Shown here: piece after piece, positions 1 to 13,556 of the stretch | How positions within the stretch are numbered: position 1 is the first letter of the stretch | Layout: each line of letters begins with the position of its first letter | Assembly: GCA_973851085.1 (NCBI GenBank) | Contig: OZ316776.1 | Coordinates: 9,300,001 to 9,364,000, forward strand | Reading direction: 5' to 3' | DNA: 64,000 nt | Source of the DNA: Ptychomitrium polyphyllum | Taxonomy: Eukaryota | Position numbers and translations under genes: made by a program | The notes under the pieces: generated by a model | What the model was told of the DNA's origin: nothing | The model's database searches: none | Seen by the model: the letters and a program-made list of their open reading frames with translations, nothing else

Positions 1-1719
1 ACAATGATGAAGTTGAGATTTAGGTTTCGGCTTGGGGTTTTTTTTGGCGGATAAGATGTTGGCGGATAAGATGTATGGAAATAAGTAAATAAGATTTTTT
101 TTTTGTCTTTTGTTGTTGGAAATTTTTGAATTTGGAAAATGAAAATCAGTTTTTAATGGTTAAAGTGGTCTTTTTTAAGCCATGTATGATGCCACTCAAT
201 AGAAAAGTTTTCATATAGCCTTCCATTGATTTAAAATTTTCTTCAATTAAGATTAAATTAATTGAAAGTAAGAACTTAATCTATAGATGCACAAATTATA
301 TTAATAATTTGTTTATTTAAATTACAATGTTAAAATACAAGATTTATTATTTTATTTGTTTTGAGCTAATAATTTTTTGATCCTTTTAGATTTATTGTTC
401 ATGTTTATAATATTATTGCACCTCATAATTTAAAGCAATTATAAAGAAACAATGAATAGGCAAGATGGAAGTAACACATGCAAGTATGAAACCATGAAAG
501 AATATGGCTACTCCTATTATACCTTAAAAAAATATTGCAAATTTAAAAATAGTTTGTAGTCATTATAAATGATGCTCGTAGAATTAAAAAATATAATGTT
601 TTGAATTGAACATGTTAAGTATGTAGATTGAACATGCTAGAAATTATGTGGATAGTCATTTTAACTTTAATACATGTAAAATACTCAATACAGTGCATGT
701 GAATTGTTTTTATGAATATCATTTTAACATGCATAACCTGTTAATTTTTAAAACTAAATAATATGTTGTTTTCTTTAAAAACCTCAAAACAACCTGTAAT
801 AACTCATACAAGCTTCCCTTTTCTACTTGGGCATTGTTTGAGATACATTAATACACACCATTCCTGTAAGTCTTGCTTCTTCCATAATCATGCATGCCAA
901 TATAACCAACTCCATCCACATATTGATTTTTGTGCATATGTGGATTTGTCATGGATTTTCAGATACTGGCTCATGAACTTCTTTGTTCGGTTTTCACTTT
1001 CGAATATGAATAAGAGCTGCTGGTAAAGGATAACAGCACATTATCCGAACTGTGATACAGTACCTCAGATTCCATCCCCACTCAGATGTATCAAACCGTC
1101 ACGGCACTTATGGCAGACAGGACATCAGATCTGATTCTCATGCAATCTCAAAAAAGTTATTGCACAGACAAATGTAATATTCTGTGGAAGTCACTTTACT
1201 GCAGTTTTCGGAGGAAATGTACGATGTCCTGCCACCAAGATAAGTTTTACATGGTTACGTCTTGAATCAACTTACTTTTCCTCCTAGGACAGTAAAATGA
1301 TAGTCCAAGGACAGTCTCGAAAAGCACTGATTTGACAATCATGTGCTGACGCTCAAAAGATTGAAACAAGCGACAAGACATAACACGCAAGCTTCTGCAT
1401 CGATTATGATAACAAACTGGATGTTTCACATGGGTCATAGTGAAGCAATTCTAAAGATTTGGCAGTGACTTGCCAACGATAAATCTGATTAAAAACTGGA
1501 GTCAGACAACTAGGAAAGTCTGAATACACAAGAGATGTTCAGTCCTCTCTTGAGGATCCCATGACAATGTTCAATACGTAACTTGCACATTATCAACCAA
1601 CAAAGAATGTGTTAATAGGCCCACCACCCACAAGTGATTAAGGCTGTGGAGTTCCGTTCGTCGTTTGGAAGCAGTTCTATAACTTGCGCAATGTGAGGTA
1701 GCTTTTCCTCTCCTGCTAT

Positions 1720-3836
1720 TTAACCCTGAAGAGACCTAGAAAAATGCCTTTTCTTATGAAGTAACAACTTCACTGAGGGCGCCCTGCGAGCAATAGCTCT
1801 CCATACCATATTGACAGCATCGTAAGGTTTCGTGGGATGTTGGTACTCAAAGTGCCGAGCCACTGCTTTCAACCTCTTCCACAGCACCGTCCATTCATCT
1901 CGACTAATATTTCTTAATATGTTTATCACAAATTTCTCTTGAAGGGCATCCGTCGACTTAATGAAGACACAAAACTCAGAATAATCCAATTCATCTTCAA
2001 ACGGTAGCTCGATGTCGTCACTGATGATGACAGGAATACAATGATTTGCAATTGCATCGAATAGACGATTTGAAGAAGGCGTATCGCCAGCAATATTGAG
2101 ACAAAACTTGGATCCCCGCATGCCCAAAGTCGAGCTATGGATTCCGGCAGTACCCCTGGATCCTTCTTCAAAATGCACCCCTTTTTCGTCTTTCAGCATG
2201 TTGTAGAGCTGCTGTCGTATGACGCCACCCTATACAATTTAATAAAATCAAGCGGGTCAGCGGATCGTCTTTGACAACATAGACAAATATTCATCTTCTA
2301 TCACATTAGTATCATGAAATAACTGCACATGTTGAAAGTAGGGACCGATCATCCAAGTTATCTGTATTGACCGAATTCGCTATTATTCTCCTTCCGTCGT
2401 TTAACAGCACTAGCAACCCTTACTACTCCGTGCTGATTTCAATTTCAAAAGTTTAAAAACTATTAGAAGGCTATGGCAGCTCTAGATAATCACATGAACT
2501 TATCCCTCGAATTTCATAACTCACAGTGGTACACCATACGCCCTCCATTAGAACAATATCACTGTCATCGCTACAAAGTGTGAACAAGAATGATGCCAAA
2601 AGAAACACATCCAACATAAATTAAGCGACCAACCTGTTTCCTGACGATTGTACCCTGAAAAAACAGAAGGATTTTGCGGTCTTCAAACGAGGCTGAATCA
2701 CCATAAAACGTAGGAATAACATGTTTGTATGGAGCCACAATATCCTTGTCAATGTTGGCCACCTCTGGGGCATACCGGCCAAAATCTGCCACCACATACA
2801 TGACGTTCCTAAGAAAATCCCTCATTGCATGCATGCTGTTCGGATGATGAATAACGAGGATGTGGTCAGATCCGCCAGAAGCTTGCCATGCTGGCTGCTG
2901 CCTCAGAAATTTCAGCAGTTTCTCTTGCAGCTTCTGATTCTTATCACCAACTAAATCAAGCTCTCCGACACCAGGTTTGTGTTCTGACTTGGTGTACTTG
3001 TTGTAAGCCAACGACGCAAAGAAAGGAACAAATATCATGTCTGCTTGTTCCCAGTCACTCACTCGGAATGCTGTACAAGGAGACTGCCGACCTGCCATAT
3101 TTGACGTGAGTAAGTCAGACGTGAGCCAATACTCAGGGCTGTGCTGCTGGTAAAGGCCACCAAGGTACGGTGGAATATCGGTCACACTTGTTGGCCATAT
3201 CTGTTCGCCAGTGTAACCCTGCTCCACAAGCATACCATAATGGAACTCAGGAGGAAGATCGTACATGTAGAGCTTGAGTTTCGAGCTTTTCGCATCGCAT
3301 CCGGAAGCCACCTTTCTATCTCCGTCACTAGAATACACGCCTTGATCAGTATCAGCAGTAATATTGGTGTTGCCCACACTGTCCAGCGAAGACTTCGACG
3401 AGCCTATGGCGACTCTACCAGAGTTAATTTCACCAAGTAAGCCAGACCTCTCCCATGCACTTTTGAATGGCCACGAATCGTGATCGGAAAGACTTAGTTT
3501 CGGGTGCGAGTTGATGTCATTTTCTTCCATCAATTGACGTGAGCTCTTCAATGAATAAGCAAACATAAAGGAGCCTGAAAGGGCAAATATGGAAAGAAGG
3601 GATAGGATAGAAAGAATATAATTCCTTGAAGTCCATTCTTCACATCCGCGCCACAACCGTGAACGGGGAGGTCGGGTCGATTTCGCCTCATTTACACTTG
3701 CCTGAAAGGAAATACAAACAGGAACATCAATTTGTTCTCCATTGATTACCTTGATCGGTAAAGTTTCCTTGGCAACATTGTACCCCCGCTTCATGATTTT
3801 GTCAGCCATGTACGGCTGCTCGTCTAATGTACCCAT
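1720..3836 (-). CDS. Exostosin-family (GT47) glycosyltransferase, ARAD1-like putative arabinosyltransferase; complement(join(1720..2229,2634..3836)), ~570 aa
   Basis: Type II TM segment (YILSILSLLSIFALSGSFMFAY) followed by GT47 motifs LKLYMYDLPPEFHYGM, QHSPEYWL, FVPFFASL, GGSDH, SKFCLNIAGDTPSSNRLFDAI and CIPVIISD. One GT-AG intron (2230..2633) joins RKQ|GGVIRQ in frame. Confidence 0.93.
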
Positions 3837-6621
3837 TGTGATGAAGTTGAAATTTCCTCAAACTTCCAATCACAGAGGTGTAATGCAGTAGTAATCCATA
3901 AGGGTTTCTTCACAATTCCTACTGCTTCTCATGAAGGTTCTCCTCACACAGGCCGCACAAGACATATTGATCCACCACAGATAGTCGAAGATGATTGAGA
4001 CCAGCAGAACAGTTCTGCTGATAATAAATTCGAGAAAGCATCAGACATTCAGACCTTTGCCATAAAAAATCGCTGTTTAGCCAGCAAGCGTCCCATTTAA
4101 CCGTGACGTGCATTTATAACTCCAAAGCAGTCATGAATTAGCCCATCATTGTGCCCATGTAGTCGCTCACCCACATCACTTGCTGACTGCGGCATTGCAT
4201 CGTCGGGAATCAAAGCGGCGAAAATGCTGCTCAGCTTGCGGTTGTAAGGAAATAACTTGCCAAAACACCTGGAAACTTACGACCTCCCGAACCTCGAGTC
4301 GCCACATTACATTTAGCCAAAATCATTTCCTACCGCCCTGCGGATACTTGTGTTAATGCAGAAAAGAAATCAACCCTAAGCTCATTCCCGCACATCACCA
4401 GGCCATTCTGAACCGTCACAGAGCTTTCAGATTTTTGGCCACGTAATAACCTCAGATTAAAGGAGCGCTTCTCATCTATCTCTGCCAAAGCCGAACAGTG
4501 CTCTTGGCCTGCAGACATAGAAGTAGGTAAATACATTGTTGGGACTTAAACATGTCCACCACAATTTATGCTTTCTACCATTCACCACACCATCCAAAAT
4601 TGAAGACTACTCATCATCGTCTTACTCTGATAAAGCTCACATTGATGACATCAATGAGGAACAGATAAATAACAAATGGCCTCACTTCACCAGGCTAACC
4701 CACTGGTATTTACATTCTAAACCTTCACCATAAAACCCCCAGATTCCTAAATCCAATGCCGATTGCGACCATCTATCTTGACCCAAATCCAGATAATTAA
4801 AAGAAAAGAAATACACACACCAAACACCTCACAACAAGGGAGAAAAAACCACTAATTTCTCCGCAAGCGGAAATCGCAACGGTACCGCGAGCACGAACTC
4901 CAATCGACAAATCAAGAACCACAAGCTACTACAACAAACACGATTTCACAGTAACCGATCGGCAGCCACCCAACAACAACCACCTCAAGAAAAACCCAAC
5001 CTTTCACTCGCACTAACCTCACCATCACCTCCAATTATCTCCACCATGTACACCACCCACAAAAGGGTGAACTACTCCGCAAAACCCAAAACGAAGAAAT
5101 CCCAAAACATCACACACCTTACGTGAACGCGACTGCTCCCAGGAAGTTGGAACGCCGGATCCAGACCTACCTGTAATGTAGATCTCTACTGCTCTCCACC
5201 ACAACCGTGATGTGCTTCCACAGCACTCAACAGCAAGTGAACGTGATTGCCAATGTGGTTTTGCTGCTGGTGTCTGAGGCAGGGCCAGATTGTGGCGAAA
5301 TGGCTTGCAACTCGGCGTGGGATGCAGCATTGCAGCGCACACGCTCCTCTCCTGGCAACAGCGTGGCGTTACGAACGTGCCGCTCCGACCTCGTCCTGAC
5401 AGCGGCTCAGAATAGAACTCAGCGGCCGCTGCTTTGCCACCCCACTGCAGAGCTCTTTCCGCGTTCCGACGCTACAGCGCCGCACTCACAGCCCGCGACA
5501 GCCTTCACGACAGCTCGGCCTTGCGGAGAAGCCGATGCCCAAAGGCGTCCCTTTGACCCAAAATTGGCATCATCTCTACAGAACCAACATTTCGCTTCTC
5601 AAGATCTTACAACGCTGTAGATCGTGTAAATAGCATGTGATACTACGGCTGATCTTATCCTTAACCAATAATATCTACAAACGTCCACAGATTTCGTGAC
5701 CGAAATGTACACACGTGATTGAAACGTGTTGGTTTTGGGTATAGCAATGATTTCGTGGATGAATCAATTCAAACTGGCTTTATCTACTGGCAGCGTACAG
5801 TTACGGTCTTGACATGGAATGCGGATAGAAAGCCCCTTCTGGACGGTCATATTCACTGGCATTCCGAAAAATGATTGCGGATGAGAATGATTGGAATCAC
5901 TGTACAGGGGTGCTCTGCTCAGCTTTGATCTACCGTTTCACTACAGATGGTGATTCAAGTTATGAATGGTCCTTTCTGAAATGTTTTTTTTTATCAAAAG
6001 ATGGTTGTAGCTGTATACTTGTAACTCGAACTAGGAACAAACTTATGAAATTTAATATAACATACTTTAATTTCGTTGCATTTAACTTTTAGACATCCCA
6101 TAAATATCACCAATCTTGACATCCTTTAATTTAATATAGTGCTTAATTTAGTTTTTGTGTGTAAGAAGGAAAATTCAAAATAAAAGGAAACTACTTTCAA
6201 ACATCTACACTTTTTTTTATAGCTAACACACATTCTTTCAAAGTCTAAAGTCCATGGCTTCAATCAAGGTCCTTTATAATTACAAAGTAATTAAACATTT
6301 CTCATTTTTGCACATTTTGCATCTAATACTTTTGAATAAACTTGAATTTAAATGGATTGGTTTCTTAACTTATATAGAGATCTAGAAATATAAACTTCAA
6401 AAACTTAGAAGAAATTTATATGGAATACTATAAACATCTTCTCTTCAAATTTGAGTATAAAAGTTTAACATCTTTAAATTGTAATTTAGCCCTTCTAGAA
6501 ATCACTCCTATACATATGATATGTTCAATTGCTTTAGTAAGTAATGTCTTTTGATTTTGATGCATTTGCAATATAAAGCATCACACTATGCATGTCTTTT
6601 TGATTGTTGTACTATTACTTT

Positions 6622-6627
<6 letters not shown>

Positions 6628-6656
<29 letters not shown>
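6628..6656. repeat. (TA)n microsatellite
   Basis: Perfect TA dinucleotide run of about 14 units. Confidence 0.95.
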
Positions 6657-6658
<2 letters not shown>

Positions 6659-7089
6659 TAGTACATCATTTGTCAAAAGATCACATTGATTATCATTTTT
6701 GTGACATTGCTGAATTTTATAAAGAATAAAGAATCAATTGTTAATAAGTAAAGGCCACTTTTCTTGCATGGATTATTTTGTTGAACTAAAGTTTCTTGAA
6801 TTTTTCTTATATAATGACATGCTAACTTTTTTGCGCCATTAATTATGAATTGTGCTATTGCATCGTTTCTTCACATGCAAGTTTATAAGCTTGGCACTTT
6901 AGCAATGGTTGTGGCACAAGAAGCATACATACTTGCATGGATTGGCACCACTAAAGTCACTACCTAGGGATTATAGCTAAAGCAAGGAAGACATCTATGA
7001 TATTGCAATGCAAGGCTTATATTTTGAAGAAGGGGTTGATAGGAGTGTGTGTGAAATAGGAGAATTGTATTGTTTGGTGGCTATAAAGA

Positions 7090-8270
7090 TGTCGTAATAG
7101 TCCTCACCGTCACCGGTTCTATCGCTTGATGTTGGCCTCGTCACCCGGCTACTCGTCCTCTAATGCGGTTGCTCGCCACTCCGAATCCCCTTCAGCAGGT
7201 GATCAACTGCTGGACAGGGAATTTCGCCTACTCCTTATCTTGATTGCTAAAAATTGAGTTCCTGATTCAGATTCTCTCCCTTGCAGCCTCTGAATCCAAA
7301 AGGCTTTGCTTCCTTCAAATCCTATTTTGACTCTGCCCTGGTATTGTATCCCCTATTCTTGTTGATTTAAGTGGCTGTTGCTCCTAATTTCCTTCCTGCT
7401 GATTCTACTGACCTCACTTGTTGCTCATTGCCTTCTCTCGTACACTACTTACTTGCTCATTCCCTGCTGCTGAATGGAATCTCTGACCAATCTATTCCTG
7501 CCTTGCGTGCCATGGGTTCCAGCTCCAGCTTCTCAAAGTAACCTGTTACTTTAATTTTATTCTTCTAACTCATTCTTTGCTCTTTTTCCATGCACTCCCT
7601 ACTAACATTCTATTCCAAATGTCACTAATTTTAGTGCACCGCTTAATTCTACCGATTGAATCCTAGATACATGACTGTCAATGCTAATGATGATTAGCTA
7701 AATTCCTCTGCTATGTTCTGCTCTATTCTTGCTCTGACACTTACACGCCGCCTTCCACTATCTCTCTCCTTCTCATTTATTCCTCGCTGCATATTCTTCC
7801 AAGACTCGGTGGATTATTTTTAATTGCGTGGTTCCCTCAAAAACCATTTGTTTCCTTCTTAAACCCTCTACTACCTGTTTTTACTCCTCCTTGCTGTTGA
7901 TTGGCCGTTACACTGGATGAAATTTATCCAGATGGTCGTCATCATCTGATTTCACCAACTTAAATTCCTTTTTAGTTTTCCTCCCAAATTTAGCCTTACT
8001 CTATTGCTAACTCCTTTGAATTAAACCTAACTAATGCTAACTAATATGTAGCCTCCTTGACAATTTAAATGTTCTTCTTGACACTCTTCCATCCACGGTT
8101 AAGCCTAATATCTTCTACCATTTTCTTTAACTTATGAATAGTCAATCCAAATAAAACTAGAGCCTTTGAATAACCTCCCAAAACATTAAGAATTCTCCTA
8201 AAATCCATTAAGTTCATGGAATGCATCCGATTAATCCTAAACTATGTCTAATCCTTTACTATCACCACTA
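7090..8270 (-). mobile_element. Probable degenerate transposon/retroelement fragment
   Basis: Block of higher complexity and strong strand skew (purine-rich on -) inside an AT-rich spacer. It reads as coding-like but is broken by stops. No diagnostic domain recognised. Confidence 0.3.
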
Positions 8271-11200
8271 ATGATTAATTTTTGATAGAAGATAATAATT
8301 TAAGCCAATTAGATGGCTTACATAGGCCATTTTTGTGCTTTTATTATTGATGAACAAAAAAGTTAATAAAAAAAATTCTAATGCAATTGATTAGCGTAAA
8401 TTTGAACATTCATTGTATAAGTATAGTTGCAACATATATATTTTTTTAAGTTTTGGAATTGTTTCAAATGCATATCAATTCATGGTTTCGGGCAAGAAAT
8501 TTTGAAACGTATTATTTGAAATGTTAGTTATTACAATTGAAAATTTTGGATTCTTGTTAATTGAAATGATTTACAAGTGGGTAAAATCACCAATTTGAAA
8601 AAATAAATTGATATACAATTTAATGTAATTTATAATAAACCAAACAAATTTAATAAAATTCAAACAAGAAAATAGGATTTAGACTTTTCAAAATTGAAGT
8701 AATTTATAGCATATAATAGAAGACTTGGTTTTTATTATAGTTTTGTGCATAAAATATGTTTTACATTGAATAATCTTTGAAAATGAAAAATTAAGCATTT
8801 GGCCATAAATAAAAAAGTATTTAAGAGATCAAAGGAAACATTTTTATTATAAGTAAATTTCATTTAATGTAATTAAGTTATTTCTTGATAAAGTTACACA
8901 AAGATTGTTATTTGCAAATATTATCTACGTAGTGAAATGATTGCTTATATGAGCTTCAATAATAAAAATATATATTAAGATCATGTAATTACAATTCAAA
9001 TGAATTCTAATAAAATTACGCCAATAATAAATTCAATATATTAGTAAGGAACAAAACTCTAATCAATAGAATTGGATGTAAAGCACCATTAATTGAATCA
9101 AACAATATTGTGATGTAATTAGTTGTGTAGTTTAAAATTTAGCTAATATTTATTATTTTGTGGGTTTTGGTTTATTGTGTTTAAAAAAGAGTGTTAAGGA
9201 AATGGAGAAGTTAGGTAAAAGAGGTCATAAAGAAACCACAATTTAGAATATTTTGGAAGTAGAATTGCATCTTATTCTAGTTTAGAGCAAAAAGATTGAT
9301 TAGCTATACATTTTAAAAATTTATTTTTTTTGCTAACAATACTAAGTTACTTGCCATCATTCCATTCAATAAATTTTATAGTAATTGAACTTAAATCAAT
9401 TTAACAACTTGAATTGATCCAATTAACTAATTTTATTGACTTAATGTTTAAATCTACCTTGACAATGTCTTTATTTTTATTTTGTTTTTTTTTATCAAAT
9501 TCCAAAAATTTTCCTATGTTTTTTTAAAAACTTTTATTTTATTTTTCTTATTTTGAAATTTTCAAAGTTGATATGGAAAGGGCTAATATAAAAAGATATG
9601 GACTAATGTGGTGGTTGAATATTTCACTATCTACTTTTTTTATTTTCTCTCACTAGAAATAAAAAGCATGTCGTCACTTGACAAGATTTCATTGTATACT
9701 TCAATCATTAGTTGCAATATATAATAGAATTTGAAGTTGTACGGTTTGGACCATTGGAGATGATTGAAAGAATTTCTAACATTGATATTTTGTTGAAGTG
9801 TTTACTATAAAATAAATAATATATTAATAAATTTTGAATTTTAAATTCATAGTATGAAAAGAGTTATAAAACAATGAAGTAGTGGGAATCAACAATACCA
9901 AGAACTTTGAAAGCATGATTATTAGCATTTACTTATGGAAAAGAATTTTGAGGGTTGCATTTAGAAATTTTTGTGCTAATATTATTATAATTTCAAAAGC
10001 ATTAAATCTTTAAATTTAAAAATATGGGTAGAAATGCAATTCGAGTATAGAAGAAAAGAAGTAAACTTTTGAATAAAAACTAGGCTCTTTGAAGGTGCCA
10101 AAAAGAATAGTTGAAAAGTAAGAATTAAATATGTAAAAATAACTAATAAAGTGTTGAGATTGTAGTTTTATTATAAACCAAAAATTAAAAAAAAGTTGTA
10201 TTTTATTAATAAGATACAATAAAGTCCAATGTTTTTTAAAACACTAATTTCACCACAACAACAATTACAAGATCTTTAAATTACTATCTTTTAAAATTGA
10301 TTCATTGAAATATTTCAGTATGGCAGATTGATCTTTATGCATATTTCATTTAATAATAGAAGGTTGTATAAATCATGCTAAAATAATGGCCTTGATATAA
10401 TCAGAAAAATAATAAAAATAAAAAGATGTAAATAAAATCATGGTATGCAATAGTGGCCGACAAAAAACTCATTAACAATATATATTTAAAGTAGAAGTGA
10501 AATTAATTGACTTGATTTCATGTTACAATTTAATGGTTTCAATTAAAATATTAAAAAATGAATTTAAATATTATTTTATACTATAATATATGATAAATTT
10601 TAACAATCAAGTTACGTATTAATTTGACACTTTAAATGAAATTAGTAGAAAAGAATTGAAATAAATATGGTGCATAAGTTATTTTATGAGACAACAGTAG
10701 AAATTTAGTGGCTATAATACTTGTAGAAATATTGCTCAAAGAATGCTTTTAAGTTTTAGCAAATCAGAATTTGAGCTATTTGACACGAAAAATTTGTAGT
10801 TATGATTTATTTTTTTAAATGTATAAACTCAGAAACTATCAACAGTAGATAAAGATAGAAAAATAAAAATATTATTTTATTGGATCAATTTTAAAAACGG
10901 AGAAGATTTAACTTACCTTTCTTTACAAGAATGTACTATAAATCCCCAAAAAATCATTTTTTTCCTTAAAAAGATGTCACCTTCATTTTTTTTCTTGTGA
11001 AAGGGGAATTTTTTTTCATTAACTAGCTATATTTTCAAATTTATAAGTATATGGGGTTCATATCTTAAACCATAAAAAATAAAGGGTGCTTTGTTATTAA
11101 ATATTTATACTTATTGTAGTTAAATTTTGCCAAAATAAGCACCTCATTTCAATTTCTTTGATTTTCCACAGTATAATTGCAGAAATATATTGTCAATATT

Positions 11201-13189
11201 CCATTGTTTTTTTATGGTTTGTTCATGTTTTGAGACAAAACACCATGCTTAATTTAAACTTTGTCTTTAACCAAGTCCCTATTTTGTTGGAAGAAGGTAC
11301 AATGAACTTTTCATCTATGTTGCTCACAATATTATTTATCAAATCCATTATTTTACTATTTACATTCTATCTTCAAAATTCAATTGCATTCTTCTTCATA
11401 CTTCCTAAATCAAATGTTGTATGTTCTCAAAACGTTGACACAATTTCATCAACATACTCAACATGCTTTTTAAAAGATCTAAATACCATTGCTATGATAT
11501 TCACCAAGAACCATGTCTTTAAAGGCTTACTCTCCATTATCATTGTTTCTTGATTTTTTCCACATCATTACTAAATAGCTCATTCTCTAACATTATTCAA
11601 AATTTAAAAATTTGCAAACATATTATATATCTTGTTTTAAACATTTAAAAAAAATTTCACGTAAAGAAACTTTTTTAATTTCCTCTTGTTACTCAAAATG
11701 TAAACCTTCAAGTTATGCTTTATATTCCTTTGTTCAATTATAAAATTAAGAATTGAAAAATTAAAAAAGAAAAAAGAAATAGAAGGATAGAGATAGGAAT
11801 AGGTATATAGGATATATAAAAATGATTACTAAGCTGTGAAAAATAAAATGGCTAAAATTCCAAGAAAATACAATGCCAATTCAAGTTTGAATCTTGACAA
11901 CTAGTTGAGCAGATTGTGAGCAAGCAACTTGGCATTGTTAGTGATGCAAGAATAATAGTCAATTAGCACCACTTATTACCTTAAGTTTGTGAAAAGATGC
12001 ACCAAATGTATAATGATGATGCATTGCTTTCTTTAATCATTTTTTTCTTAAAGATACTACTTCCTTAATCCATTTTATCTTATATCTTTTGTTCAATGCT
12101 TTCTCTTATATTATATTATTTCTATTCAATTTATTATATTTTTATAGATTTACACTTCTGGGGCCACCATCTCTTTCTTCTTAAAAGTTGTAATTTCTTA
12201 AAGCAATAGAAATGATATGCACTTAAAAGCTTTGATACCTCTTAGTGTTGCAAGTAAAAAGTTCCTATAGCCAAGGAATAGGGCCTCATTGTGGTATAAT
12301 GAACTTTTGGTCATTTGGCTAAGTCCTTAGATTTAAGCGTAAAAAGACAATAGATAATCAATATCATAGAATAAGAATTTACCTTAAAATAGAATCTTGA
12401 AGAATTTAGATTTAATTTTTGGAACTCATATGAACTACTACTTTGGACCTTTTTAGTGGAATCCCAAAGGGTTGGTTGATGCTAGTTAAATGATTCCAAA
12501 AGGATTTAATAGGCAAATTAAAACTATGTGGGTTTAAAGAGACAAGGTAATACCATGAAGGTGACAACATTAATGGTGGTATGTGACTTAGTAGCATATC
12601 AAATAAAGGATGTCTTTTAATTGGAAAGTCCACATTCATGCCCAAGAATTATCTTCTAAGTATAGTTCTTGTGCATAAGATAAAGTTTTAGAATTCACAA
12701 GAAAATTGATATGTGCAAATCTAAATAAGGAAAGGTGAGTTTGGACCAAAGTGCTTGTCCTAGGAAGAAACAAGGAGTCTTGAATGCAAACATCTTATAT
12801 ACAAAACTAAATTTGAATTATTTACAACACAACTACTTCAATTTCTTTTGAAAAACTTGAATTATGTTTTTTCAAAAAGTAATCTACCGAACACGGTGAG
12901 GTTTAAAATCAACAAAATTGGTCCTCGGCCCTCCGAAACTGCTACGAGGGTAAAGAAAAGAAACGTTTTAGTGTACTGGTAAGGACGGATAGTAGGACTG
13001 TCGAGAAACCGTGGGTTAAACTCATGGTTCGACCGAGCCCGGTCGGTCTTAAGGTGAAAGTGCGCTCTCGGGACTGGTCGTCGGCCTCGTCACGTGTAAG
13101 CTGCGAGGCTGCGGGGGCATACTGCCTCTAAACGTGCTCGTGCTTGCTCGTGCTGTGCGCTCGGCTCGCCATCGCCGCAGCCTCGCCTC

Positions 13190-13327
13190 AAACCCTAGGC
13201 ATCGTCCCACGCTACTCGGCTCTCCCTCGACACCATCTCGTCAACGCCGTTCTTCTGGCCGCGCTTCGCCACTGCTCGCTGCTTTCATCCACTCGCACAC
13301 GGTTGCCTACCCATGCTTTAGGGTTTC
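13190..13327 (+). promoter_or_regulatory. Telo-box motifs near the U1-C transcription start
   Basis: AAACCCTAG at ~13190 and TAGGGTTT at ~13319. Telo-boxes are typical of plant RNA-processing and translation genes. Confidence 0.45.
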
Positions 13328-13556
13328 ACCTTGCTTCATTGACGTTGGTTCGCTAGGGTTACAGCTCCAGAATTGAGGCTCTACACCGACGGATTGTGAC
13401 TATTTATGAGAGTAGTGTGGCGCGCATCGAGGTTTCGTTCTTGTGGTAGGCAAGGAGAGAGCTTGGGGCGCGCATCTGACCGGTATCTTTCATTGCGCGA
13501 GGCGCAAGAAGAACGTTTGTCAAGCGCGGTGAGTTTCGTTTAGGCGTTCGGTCATC

